From Eubacteriales bacterium (GTDB taxonomy: Bacteria; Bacillota; Clostridia; Oscillospirales; CAG-272): a stretch of 41,879 bases of DNA. Shown piece after piece: positions 7,239 to 16,152 of this stretch. Location: positions 1 through 41,879 of the forward strand of contig JAZSDJ010000058.1 of NCBI GenBank assembly GCA_045531105.1. The letters are read 5' to 3'. Numbering within the stretch: the first letter of the stretch is position 1; each line of letters opens with the position of its first letter. The position numbers and the translations under genes are program-made. Below the pieces are notes generated by a model. That model ran no database searches and was not told the DNA's origin. It saw only the letters and a program-made list of their open reading frames with translations.

Positions 7239-7769
7239 ATGGCAGAATTTAATAATTATGCAAGCCCCAAGATTGAAACAAAGCGTTTTAAGATTTACGC
7301 CGATGTTTCCGAAAGCGGTCTTGCACCCGAATGGGAGCTTCAAGGTCGTGGCGTAGAGTCTTGGACTGTTGAAGAAAACCAAGATGTAGAAAAGACTACC
7401 GATGTTCTTGGTTATGTCGATATGGAAAGAGGAACGGCACAGCCTACACAGAGCGGTGTTGCAATTAAGCTCCGCAAGGGCAGCAAGTTTGCTGAGATGC
7501 TTTTCAATGCTTGGTTCAAGAGAGATACTTCCAAACTTGATGCGGTGAAGATGCTCCAAAAGTTTGAGTTTGCAGATGGAACAACCGAAAACACTTGTCT
7601 TGCAAGACTTGAAGAGGATGTTATGATTGCGATTAACAACTTTACAGGCGAGGCGGGCGGTTATCTTGGTTTTGAGGTAGACATCCATTATGCAAACAAG
7701 ACCACCACAGGCACGATGCCTAAGGAGGACGGAGAAACAATTACGTTCACTCCCGATAGCGCAGAGTAA
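7239..7769 (+). CDS. major tail protein
   Basis: 176 aa, upstream of the chaperone pair and tape measure, followed by a strong hairpin. Confidence 0.7.
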   Translation: MAEFNNYASPKIETKRFKIYADVSESGLAPEWELQGRGVESWTVEENQDVEKTTDVLGYVDMERGTAQPTQSGVAIKLRKGSKFAEMLFNAWFKRDTSKLDAVKMLQKFEFADGTTENTCLARLEEDVMIAINNFTGEAGGYLGFEVDIHYANKTTTGTMPKEDGETITFTPDSAE

Positions 7770-7783
7770 AATATAAAACAATA

Positions 7784-7820
7784 ATACCGCCTTGCCCTAT
7801 ATGGTAGGGCGGTATATTAC
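7784..7820 (+). terminator. hairpin / partial terminator after the major tail gene
   Basis: ATACCGCC 7784-7791 pairs with GGCGGTAT 7808-7815 (inner CCCTA/TAGGG). Weak T tail. Confidence 0.55.
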
Positions 7821-7880
7821 TAATAAAACAAAAATTATTACTGATAAAACACTTTAAGAGGAATAACGAGGTAAATTATT

Positions 7881-8312
7881 ATGAAGTTAAGCACAGGTAA
7901 AATCGCGTTCCCGATTGAGTTTGATAACGGCGATAAGGCGGTTATTTATTTCAATCCGAACGACCCCGATTTGATGGTCAGAATGAAAAATCTTGAAACG
8001 AAGGTATCCGAAAAAATAAAAGACATTCAAGATATAGAGTTGACAAACGAAGGAACTCCTGCAAATTTTTCTCAAATTGATTTGTTTGAAAAAATGCAAA
8101 ACGTTCTTAAAGAAGAATTGGATTGCGCATTTGGGGGTAAAATTTCGGAATATGTGTTTAAGCATTGTTCTCCCTTTGCGATCGTTGAGGGAGAGTATTT
8201 TATCATTCAGTTTATAAATGCGATAACTCCCGAAATAGAAAAACATATTAAAAAGGCGAGAGCGGAAGCCGAAAAAAGAGTGGCTAAACATATTGAAAAA
8301 TACACTATATGA
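7881..8312 (+). CDS. tail assembly chaperone
   Basis: 143 aa, position upstream of the Gp15-like gene and the tape measure. Confidence 0.6.
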   Translation: MKLSTGKIAFPIEFDNGDKAVIYFNPNDPDLMVRMKNLETKVSEKIKDIQDIELTNEGTPANFSQIDLFEKMQNVLKEELDCAFGGKISEYVFKHCSPFAIVEGEYFIIQFINAITPEIEKHIKKARAEAEKRVAKHIEKYTI

Positions 8313-8860
8313 TATGGGATTTACCAATTTCTGTTAAGATTAACGGCAAACAACACCCGATAAGAAACAAATGCGATTATCGAGTAGTGCTTGATGTTAT
8401 TTGTGCGCTAAACGATAATGAACTGACAGACGAAGAAAAAATCAAGTGCGCTTTGTTTATCTTTTATGATAACATCGCGGAAATAGACGATTATGACACA
8501 GCCATAAAAGAAATGTTTCGAATAATCAATGGCAATGAAGAACAGGAAGAAAACCAAGAACAAAAATCGCAGTTGATGGATTGGGAGCACGATTTTCCCG
8601 TTTTGGTTGCCCCTATAAACAGAGTGCTTGGTTTTGAAATTCGATCTATTGATTATCTGCATTGGATGTCTCTATTGTCGGCATATATGGAAATAGGAGA
8701 ATGCACCTTTTCCACCATTGTTTCTATTCGCTCCAAGCGAGCAAAGGGAAAAAAACTCGACAAATGGGAAGAAGAATATTTAAGGGAACACAGAAAAATG
8801 GTAGAATTACCGAGAAAACTTACCGCGGAGGAAGAAGACTTTTTGAACTCCGATTGGTAA
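8309..8860 (+). CDS. tail assembly protein, Gp15-like
   Basis: MIWDLPISVKINGKQHPIRNKCDYRVVLDVI. ATGA coupling. In the -1 frame relative to the upstream gene. Immediately before the tape measure. Confidence 0.6.
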   Translation: MIWDLPISVKINGKQHPIRNKCDYRVVLDVICALNDNELTDEEKIKCALFIFYDNIAEIDDYDTAIKEMFRIINGNEEQEENQEQKSQLMDWEHDFPVLVAPINRVLGFEIRSIDYLHWMSLLSAYMEIGECTFSTIVSIRSKRAKGKKLDKWEEEYLREHRKMVELPRKLTAEEEDFLNSDW

Positions 8861-8878
8861 AGAAAGGGGTGTGATTGA

Positions 8879-11728
8879 ATGGCGATAACAAATGCTGATG
8901 GTAGCATTGTATTAACTACAAAAGTTGATACAAGCGGCGTCAAACAAGGAATGAATGAAGCCACAAGATTTGCGCGATTGAGTATAAACGAGCAACGAAG
9001 ATTGGCGCAAAGTTTGTCGGGCATTTATAGAAAGCAAGGGTTGGATCAATCTGCCGCACAAAAAAAGGCTTGGAAAGACTTAAAAGACGGAACGGTTGCG
9101 GCGGAGGACTATAAGAAAGCCATTCAAGATGTAAAAAACGAAACTGACAAAGCAACAAAATCAACAAAAAAATACGGAGAGCAAGCGCAAAAAAGCGGCA
9201 ACACGGCAAAATCCGCATTTTCAAACATTGGCGCGGCGTTAAACAAATTGGCACTTGTGGCGGCGGCGGCATTTTCGGTACAAAAAATTATACAATTTGG
9301 AGCGGAAGCATCCGAACTTGCCACAAAATCAGAAGCAAGCGTACAAAGGTTGATTGATATATATGGCGAAGCAAGCCAAGCGGTTGGTGATTTCATAGAC
9401 GCAAATGCGCAGGCTCTTGGTATATCAAGAACGGCGGCGGTTTCTTATGCTTCCATATATGGAAACCTTTTCAGCGTATGGGCAGACCAAAAGACAAATG
9501 CGGCATTAACAACTCAATATTTGCAAATGACCGCAGTAGTGGCGAGCAAAACAGGCAGAACCGTCGAAGATGTGCAAGAGCGTATCCGTTCGGGTTTGCT
9601 TGGAAACACCGAGGCTATTGAGGATTTGGGCATTTTCGTCAATGTTAAAACCATTGAAATGACCGATGCTTTTCAACGAATGGCAAATGGCAAATCTTGG
9701 GAGCAGTTAGATGCTTATACTCAACAGCAAATTCGTTCAATGGCTATTCTTGAACAGGCAACCGCAAAATATGGAAACGAAGTCGCAAAAACATCTGCGT
9801 TGGCAAAGTCACAATTTAGGGCGGCTTGGCAAGATTTTCAAGCGACTTGGGGGCAAGTAGTTAACCAAGTTCTTATGCCTGCGCTTGAAGTATTGACAGA
9901 AATATTAATTAAAGCAACGGCAATTACACAAATTATTTTTGGAATATCAAGCGCAACGATTGAGCAGAGCGATGCAATATCTCAGGCTGTTGACAATCAA
10001 GACAAATTGACGGCTTCGGTTATAAAGACCGAGAAAGCAACGCGAAAAGCTCTCGCGGGATTTGATGATTTACAGATATTAACAAGGGGTGCGGAAGAAA
10101 ATGCCTCAAACGAGAGCACATCGGGTGGCGGGCTTAATTCCAACCTGGGATTTTTACCAAATGCCTCAAAAGAGCAAATAAATACTGATGCGTGGGAGCG
10201 TTTGCGCGGCATAATTAAACAAATCTCTAATTTGTTTATGACGGGTTTTTGGAGAGGTTTTGAAAATGCGGACTTTTCAAGATTAAAAACCGATCTTAAT
10301 GACATTTTTCAATCTATCAAAAACATTTTTCAAAATCCCGAAGTTTCAGCGTCGGTTAAAAATTTTTCCGAAACTTTTGTTGTTTCTTTTGGCGAAATAA
10401 TAGGAAGCATATCATCTATCGGCATAACACTTGCACAAAATCTTGTGAGTGGAATAAAATCGTATTTAGATGAAAATTCACCATTTATTTCTGAAAAAAT
10501 CGCAGGGATTTTTGATGCGTCGAGTCAACTTTCTGAAAAAGTTGCAAATTTGTGGAACTCATTTGCTTATATTTTTTCCGCTTTGGCTGATGAAAACGGA
10601 GTGAACCTCACGGGAAACATTATTTCTATTTTTTCTAACGCGTTTTTATTTGTTACAGAAATAGCCACCAAATTTGCCAAAGATTTTATTGGAATAATTT
10701 CCAAGCCTATTTCTGATAATAAAGAAGAATTGAAGCTCGTTTTAGACGATGTTTTAGGATTCTTTGCCAACATTTTGACTCCGATTAAAGATATGTTGGA
10801 TAGAATTGGCGAGAAGTTTGATGAGGTATATGAAAATCAAATATCTCCTTTTATAAATAATTTAAGCGACGGTTTTTCTGAAATTGTGTCAGCGTTAACA
10901 GATGCGTGGAAAGAACACATTGCGCCTGTGTTAGACGATTTTGCAAAGGGTTTTGATGAAACTATTGATAATCACGTTGCACCTGCTCTTGAGGAAACAA
11001 TCGAATTGTTTGGAAACATAATTCAAACTATAGATTTAGTGTGGCAAAAATGGCTTAAACCTTTTGTTCTATGGATGGTAGAAGAATTTGGAGATGACAT
11101 TGGAAAAACCATCCAAGAGTTGGGAGAATTTTTTAATGGCATTATAACCGTTGTCAGCGATATGGTCACGGCAATAACAGGTACGTTAAATCTGCTTATG
11201 GATTTTCTGCAAGGAGATTTTACAGGAACTTGGGAAGATGTCGGAGAAGAATTGAGTGAAATTTGGAAACCTGCAGTCAATAGTATAATTGATATATTTG
11301 AAAAAATGATTAATAAAATTATTAATGGTTTTGAAAATATGTTAAATTGGATTGTTGATGGTATGAACAAAATTTCGTTTGATGTCCCCGATTGGGTTCC
11401 TGAAATTGGAGGCAGTAGTTTTGGCTTTAATATTGGCAGAGTTAACTTTGGAGAAATATCTATACCTCGACTTGCACAAGGCGCGGTAATACCTCCAAAT
11501 CGTGAATTTCTCGCAGTGTTGGGCGATCAAAAACACGGCGCAAACATTGAAGCACCGTTACAAACGATTGTGGATGCGTTTAATATCGCGCTTGCGCAGA
11601 ATTATGGCGCAAGAAGTGGAAATACCGAGGTAATCCTTGAAATTGACGGCAGAGAGTTTGGTAGAGCCGTTGTCGAACAAGGCGACAAAGAAAGTCGCAG
11701 AATTGGCACAAGGTTGGTGATTGCGTAA
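8879..11728 (+). CDS. tail tape measure protein
   Basis: Largest ORF (949 aa), helical and low-complexity, canonical position. Confidence 0.85.
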   Translation: MAITNADGSIVLTTKVDTSGVKQGMNEATRFARLSINEQRRLAQSLSGIYRKQGLDQSAAQKKAWKDLKDGTVAAEDYKKAIQDVKNETDKATKSTKKYGEQAQKSGNTAKSAFSNIGAALNKLALVAAAAFSVQKIIQFGAEASELATKSEASVQRLIDIYGEASQAVGDFIDANAQALGISRTAAVSYASIYGNLFSVWADQKTNAALTTQYLQMTAVVASKTGRTVEDVQERIRSGLLGNTEAIEDLGIFVNVKTIEMTDAFQRMANGKSWEQLDAYTQQQIRSMAILEQATAKYGNEVAKTSALAKSQFRAAWQDFQATWGQVVNQVLMPALEVLTEILIKATAITQIIFGISSATIEQSDAISQAVDNQDKLTASVIKTEKATRKALAGFDDLQILTRGAEENASNESTSGGGLNSNLGFLPNASKEQINTDAWERLRGIIKQISNLFMTGFWRGFENADFSRLKTDLNDIFQSIKNIFQNPEVSASVKNFSETFVVSFGEIIGSISSIGITLAQNLVSGIKSYLDENSPFISEKIAGIFDASSQLSEKVANLWNSFAYIFSALADENGVNLTGNIISIFSNAFLFVTEIATKFAKDFIGIISKPISDNKEELKLVLDDVLGFFANILTPIKDMLDRIGEKFDEVYENQISPFINNLSDGFSEIVSALTDAWKEHIAPVLDDFAKGFDETIDNHVAPALEETIELFGNIIQTIDLVWQKWLKPFVLWMVEEFGDDIGKTIQELGEFFNGIITVVSDMVTAITGTLNLLMDFLQGDFTGTWEDVGEELSEIWKPAVNSIIDIFEKMINKIINGFENMLNWIVDGMNKISFDVPDWVPEIGGSSFGFNIGRVNFGEISIPRLAQGAVIPPNREFLAVLGDQKHGANIEAPLQTIVDAFNIALAQNYGARSGNTEVILEIDGREFGRAVVEQGDKESRRIGTRLVIA

Positions 11729-12129
11729 TGGAATATGTAAAAATCGGCGGAAAGGTATGGGATGTTATTGTTACGGAGCTGTCCGAAAATTTTAGCATTT
11801 TGTATTCAGAAAACACGGGACGAACAATGTCTGCGGGCGCAAGAATGGTGCTCGATCCTTTGGGAACTTTTATAGGGCATAAAATCACATTTCAGCGCAA
11901 ACAAGGAAATGAAGCAGAATATGACCGCTTTTTTGATTATATGAGCCAACCTCGATATGATGGAATATCTGTCGATATTGTTCACGGGCAGACAACTATT
12001 AAATATGATGCTTATGTGTCGCAAGGCGAAAGGGCTTTAAAACGCATTGATCCAAAAACAAATAAGGTATATTGGGATAAGTTTTCGCTCAATATAGTGC
12101 CTATGGAAGCACAGGTAGTGCCCGAATGA
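11728..12129 (+). CDS. distal tail (Dit)-like protein, short
   Basis: TAATG coupling to the tape measure. Synteny. Confidence 0.4.
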   Translation: MEYVKIGGKVWDVIVTELSENFSILYSENTGRTMSAGARMVLDPLGTFIGHKITFQRKQGNEAEYDRFFDYMSQPRYDGISVDIVHGQTTIKYDAYVSQGERALKRIDPKTNKVYWDKFSLNIVPMEAQVVPE

Positions 12130-13859
12130 TTAAAAAGGGTGTATCAATTAAATATGGCAACATTGCCCCAGGCGCAAAAGAAGGCTTTGTGCCAACATCG
12201 AGTGAAAAAGAGTTTGATACGCTTTTCCAATTACAACGATATAATTTAAATTTCCCGAATTACGCAAACCCTTGCGAGTGGTTTAGAACGATATTAGATG
12301 GAACGGCATTGCCCGTTCCGTCTAATGTTCAAAACGCAAATGTGGGCTTGTGGAGCGAACAAATTAGCGGTGAAGATGGAACTTTTGAAGAACCGATAGT
12401 TTTAACTTTAGAGAGCCAGGGAAATTATACCAGTGCGGGATTGACGCTGACATTCGACAAGCAAAACTCCATATATCCCACTCACCTTAATATTCATTGG
12501 TATAGGGTTTCGGAAGATGAAACGATAGATTTGGGCGAAAAAGATTTTTATCCCACGGATTCGGTTTATTTCTGCGAAAATCAAGTCGAAGCGTATAACA
12601 AAATTGTTATCACTTTTGATGCTCTTAATATGCCAAAAAGTAGGCTGATTGTAAGAAGTATAGACTATGGATATGGTACTTTCTTTTATGGTGACGAATT
12701 ACGAAATGTCAAGTTAATTCAAGAAATAGACCCTATTTCTGCACAAATTGTAATTAACACGGCAGATTTTGTTTTAAGCATTAATGGCGGCGTAGAGTAT
12801 TCGTTCCAAACCAAACAGCCGTTAAGCGTGTATTTTAACGGTGTGCTAAAAGCGACCACCTTCGTCAAGTCGGCAAAAAGACGGTCAAAAAATCTATGGA
12901 ACATCCAAAGCGAAGATTATATCGGGCTTATGGACGGAACACTTTACAAGGGCGGGATTTACACAAATCATTCAGCCGTAGATATATTGACAGATATTTT
13001 TGAAACCGCAAACGTCCCTTTTCAAATTGATAATGCGTTTTGGGATGCAAAAGTAACAGGCTACATTCCTTATACTACTTGCCGAAAGGCACTAATGCAG
13101 GTGGCTTTTGCTATACAAGCGGTCATTGATACAAGCAATGTGGATTATGTAAATGTGTATGGCTTAAAAGATGATATAGAACAGGAAATACCGCTTAATA
13201 GAATTATGCAAGGACAAAATTTTGTTGATGAAGAAGTCGTCAAGGTGGTAGAAGTCACGGCTCATACATTTAAGATGACATCGGAATCTCGCAATGTATA
13301 CGATGCCAATGAAAGCGGAACAGGGGATAATATTTTTGTAAAATTCAATGAGCCATTGCACGATTTATCCATTGTAAACGGAACTATCGTATCAAGCGGA
13401 ACGAATTACGCCATCATCAATGCTCTTGCAAATTGTGTGCTGACGGGGCAAAGATATGAACACACCACGCAAACTCGGCAAAAACACAACCCGCTTATTT
13501 TGGCGAGTGATACAGAAAAAATAATCTCCGTAGAAAACGCTACGCTTGTATCACCATACAATATTGACAATGTCCTTGAAAAATGTTATAATTGGTTTGC
13601 GAGAAGAACAACCACAAATTTAAAAATTATCGAAGGCAAACATAATGTAAAAATCGGAAGCATTTTATATGGACAAGTTGTGTACGGCGGGGAGGTATAT
13701 GGCGGTTCTCGTTCGGAGATTGTATATGACAAGACTGTTAATGTGGGAGATGTTGTTGGTGTTGAAACAGAGTACCTCGGTAATGTTACGGGCAGAATAA
13801 TTAAGCAGTCGTTCAATTTGAATGGAGGCATAATTATTAAGGAGGCGTCGATGCGATGA
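12126..13859 (+). CDS. tail tip / baseplate (Tal-like) protein
   Basis: 577 aa, second gene after the tape measure, ATGA coupling. Confidence 0.5.
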   Translation: MIKKGVSIKYGNIAPGAKEGFVPTSSEKEFDTLFQLQRYNLNFPNYANPCEWFRTILDGTALPVPSNVQNANVGLWSEQISGEDGTFEEPIVLTLESQGNYTSAGLTLTFDKQNSIYPTHLNIHWYRVSEDETIDLGEKDFYPTDSVYFCENQVEAYNKIVITFDALNMPKSRLIVRSIDYGYGTFFYGDELRNVKLIQEIDPISAQIVINTADFVLSINGGVEYSFQTKQPLSVYFNGVLKATTFVKSAKRRSKNLWNIQSEDYIGLMDGTLYKGGIYTNHSAVDILTDIFETANVPFQIDNAFWDAKVTGYIPYTTCRKALMQVAFAIQAVIDTSNVDYVNVYGLKDDIEQEIPLNRIMQGQNFVDEEVVKVVEVTAHTFKMTSESRNVYDANESGTGDNIFVKFNEPLHDLSIVNGTIVSSGTNYAIINALANCVLTGQRYEHTTQTRQKHNPLILASDTEKIISVENATLVSPYNIDNVLEKCYNWFARRTTTNLKIIEGKHNVKIGSILYGQVVYGGEVYGGSRSEIVYDKTVNVGDVVGVETEYLGNVTGRIIKQSFNLNGGIIIKEASMR

Positions 13860-14308
13860 TATACGATAGAACTCAAGCGGATGTTGACGCGGCTATTGTT
13901 TTAAGAGAAACAAAAATAAAAGTATTCCAAAGTTTGACCGCGAGTGAAATCGAGACGCTTGAACGAGGAACGCTTACAATAAACACTCTCAACAGAATAG
14001 AAACAAAGCAAAAAGAACTGCAAGAGCTGTTGAATGGTATAGGGTATTGGGACATCAATATCATTAATAAAGAGTGGAATGAAACACAAGTTTTTGACGA
14101 AACTGAATTTAATCGGATTGTTAATAATGTAAATGTGTTAAGAAGTGCGTTTTTTGCATACGCAGATACGCCTACACAGCCCAAAGCGGTATATCATTTC
14201 GACAGCATAAATTCGTTAGAAAAAATCTTATATGACCTCGGAGAAATGATTGATGATGTTAAAGAATTTTATAATGAATGTGGCAATTTTCAATGTGGAG
14301 AGGTATAA
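13856..14308 (+). CDS. tail-module protein
   Basis: MIYDRTQADVD...TLNRIE pattern is common in Clostridia phage tail-fibre regions. Synteny. Confidence 0.4.
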   Translation: MIYDRTQADVDAAIVLRETKIKVFQSLTASEIETLERGTLTINTLNRIETKQKELQELLNGIGYWDINIINKEWNETQVFDETEFNRIVNNVNVLRSAFFAYADTPTQPKAVYHFDSINSLEKILYDLGEMIDDVKEFYNECGNFQCGEV

Positions 14309-14311
14309 ACG

Positions 14312-14575
14312 ATGAAAGAATTTATTGATAAAACGCCCGAGCAAAGTGGAACGCCCATTAACCGAGAGGCTTTGATGGCGATACAGGGATTTGAGGCAAA
14401 AGATACCGCTTTCAATGATGATGGAAGTATTACAGAGACAAATGCGGCGGGGCATACCAAAACAACGGTTTTTAACTCGGATGGAAGCATTACAGAAACT
14501 TTCGTCGGGGAAAAGACAATATCAAAAACAACAATTTTTAACAGCGACGGAAGTATTACGGAGGTATTATCGTGA
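14312..14575 (+). CDS. tail fibre-associated repeat protein
   Basis: Three tandem FN(D/S)DGSITE(T/V) repeats. GTPINREAL motif near the N-terminus. Confidence 0.5.
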   Translation: MKEFIDKTPEQSGTPINREALMAIQGFEAKDTAFNDDGSITETNAAGHTKTTVFNSDGSITETFVGEKTISKTTIFNSDGSITEVLS

Positions 14576-15201
14576 TTTGGGCAGAAATTAAAAAAGCAAT
14601 AAATTCTACACTTGGAACAAGTCAGTTTAAACCATTGAACGAAGCAATAAAACAAAACATCAATTCACTTCAGTCGAGTGTCGAAGGCAATTTGTCTGAG
14701 TTACAAGGAGGAGTTGATGAATTACAAGACGAAATTGTTGAGTTAAGACCTGCCATAAGAAATGAGGTTTATGAAGGTTATTATGATTTTTTCTTAACAC
14801 AACAAGATTTAGGAGCAACATCAGTGGCAGATTTATTAGTAGTGCCAAGAGGTGAGGAAATATCGAGCGCGGCATATTCGAATCATTCTGCCATAAGAAT
14901 TATACTCCCAAATACCTGCTATACGATCGGTCGGGAAGCGTTTGCCTTTTGCTTACGTTTATTGCGCATCGCTCTTCCCGACAGCGTTGGTACTGTGGGA
15001 AACTTAGCGTTCTATAATTGCGAGAAGCTCAACGAGGTTGTTATTGGAACTGGTGTCGGATTTATTGGTCAAGATGCTTTCGCAAATTGTTACGATCTTG
15101 AACGTGTGTTTTACAAAGGTACAGAGGAACAATGGGCGAAGATCCAGATTAGTTCTGGAAACACTTATTTAACTAACGCGGAAATATATTTTAATGCATA
15201 A
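14572..15201 (+). CDS. BspA-type leucine-rich-repeat (LRR_5) protein, putative receptor-binding protein
   Basis: IPNTCYTIGREAFAFC...LPDSVGTVGNLAFYNCEKL...IGQDAFANCYDLERVFYKGTEEQWAKIQISSGNTYLTNAEIYFNA. GTGA coupling. Confidence 0.7.
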   Translation: MIWAEIKKAINSTLGTSQFKPLNEAIKQNINSLQSSVEGNLSELQGGVDELQDEIVELRPAIRNEVYEGYYDFFLTQQDLGATSVADLLVVPRGEEISSAAYSNHSAIRIILPNTCYTIGREAFAFCLRLLRIALPDSVGTVGNLAFYNCEKLNEVVIGTGVGFIGQDAFANCYDLERVFYKGTEEQWAKIQISSGNTYLTNAEIYFNA

Positions 15202-15220
15202 ATTAAAGGAGAAACGCAAA

Positions 15221-15433
15221 ATGAACATTGATTGGAAAAGAAAACTCACAAGCAGAAAATTTTGGATGGCGATTGCGGGATTCATTACGGGTTTAATTCT
15301 CGCGTTTAATGGCTCGGCAGAAGTGGCAGAGACAGTATCGGGGTGCATTATGGCGGGCGCGTCTGTTATTGCTTATGTAATTGGTGAGGGTCTTGCCGAT
15401 TCCGCAAATGGTGGTGGCGAGAGTGGCACTTAA
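15221..15433 (+). CDS. holin (phi LC3 / Phage_holin_1-like)
   Basis: MNIDWKRKLTSRKFWMAIAGFITGL... with two hydrophobic segments. AAGGAG upstream of ATG 15221. Confidence 0.75.
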   Translation: MNIDWKRKLTSRKFWMAIAGFITGLILAFNGSAEVAETVSGCIMAGASVIAYVIGEGLADSANGGGESGT

Positions 15434-15461
15434 TCACGAGGATTTCATTGAAATAAAAAAA

Positions 15462-15659
15462 ATGCTTGATGACCGATATGTTTTAAAAAGCGATTGCAAT
15501 GAGAAACAAGAAGCGGTTAACAAGAGATTTGCAAACGATGACAAACGCATTGACAAGTTAATTGATAGAATGAACTTGTGGAACAAACTTCTTTGGGCGA
15601 TTGCATCGTCCAGCATAGGCGCGCTGATTGTGTCGTTCTTTGAGTTAGTTTTAAAATAA
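15462..15659 (+). CDS. XhlA-like lysis-associated membrane protein
   Basis: N-terminal coiled coil (KQEAVNKRFANDDKRIDKLIDRM) plus a C-terminal TM segment (LLWAIASSSIGALIVSFF). Alternative GTG start at 15423. Confidence 0.5.
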   Translation: MLDDRYVLKSDCNEKQEAVNKRFANDDKRIDKLIDRMNLWNKLLWAIASSSIGALIVSFFELVLK

Positions 15660-15660
15660 C

Positions 15661-15689
15661 TTGACAAAATAATTCTTATGTGCTATAAT
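15661..15689 (+). promoter_or_regulatory. sigma70-type promoter
   Basis: TTGACA 15661-15666, 17 nt, TATAAT 15684-15689. Confidence 0.75.
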
Positions 15690-15693
15690 GTGA

Positions 15694-15757
15694 AAGGGGA
15701 TAGGGTGCGCACCCGAAAGCGGTTACCTCGCCGTTTCCCCTTCTTTCTTTATATTTT
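15694..15757 (+). promoter_or_regulatory. promoter-proximal structured RNA / terminator-like element
   Basis: AAGGGGA 15694-15700 pairs with TCCCCTT 15736-15742. This encloses the GGGTGCGCACCC palindrome and an AGCGG..CCGTT hairpin, followed by CTTTCTTTATATTTT. Confidence 0.5.
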
Positions 15758-15777
15758 GAGGTTATGGAGGATAAAAA

Positions 15778-16089
15778 ATGGAAAAAAATTGTAACAACTG
15801 CACTGCGGAAAAAAGAGACATTTCTGTTGTGACAATGTCAAGCGCGGATTGGCAGAGAAATGAACAAAGACACGAGCGAAGAGAAAAACGGCACATTTGG
15901 GTTATAGTGTTGCTTATTGTGTTGCTTGTGGCGAGTAATATCGCGTGGGTTGTGTATGAAAGCCAATTTGAAGTTGTAGAAGAAACAACAATAACACAAG
16001 AAAATGAAAATGGCTATAACAATTATATCGGAAATGACGGAGATATAAACTATGGCGAAACAAACGATAACACAGAAAAAATATCGTAG
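15778..16089 (+). CDS. single-pass membrane protein
   Basis: Charged N-terminus (RNEQRHERREKRH), TM segment IWVIVLLIVLLVASNIAWVVY, Asn/Gly-rich tail. GGAGG RBS. Confidence 0.55.
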   Translation: MEKNCNNCTAEKRDISVVTMSSADWQRNEQRHERREKRHIWVIVLLIVLLVASNIAWVVYESQFEVVEETTITQENENGYNNYIGNDGDINYGETNDNTEKIS

Positions 16090-16152
16090 AAAAAAGCAGC
16101 GTGCTCGTTGTAAGACTTGCGGAAAATTTAAATAACAAGGAGGGATGGTGTA

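Noticed and set aside
8290-8312. Programmed -1 frameshift joining the two tail chaperone ORFs (G/GT-type)
   Set aside because: The downstream gene is in the -1 frame, but that frame is open only from 8297. The only A-rich site (GAAAAAT) is not a canonical X_XXY_YYZ heptamer. An ATGA start/stop overlap explains expression without frameshifting.
8662-8874. 70-aa ORF overlapping the end of the Gp15-like gene as a possible frameshift extension
   Set aside because: It extends only 14 nt beyond the annotated stop, and its basic low-complexity translation looks non-coding.
15694-15757. Three-way-junction RNA with a GAAA linker as a hammerhead ribozyme
   Set aside because: The CUGANGA core and the cleavage-site context are absent. 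Only the generic shape is similar.
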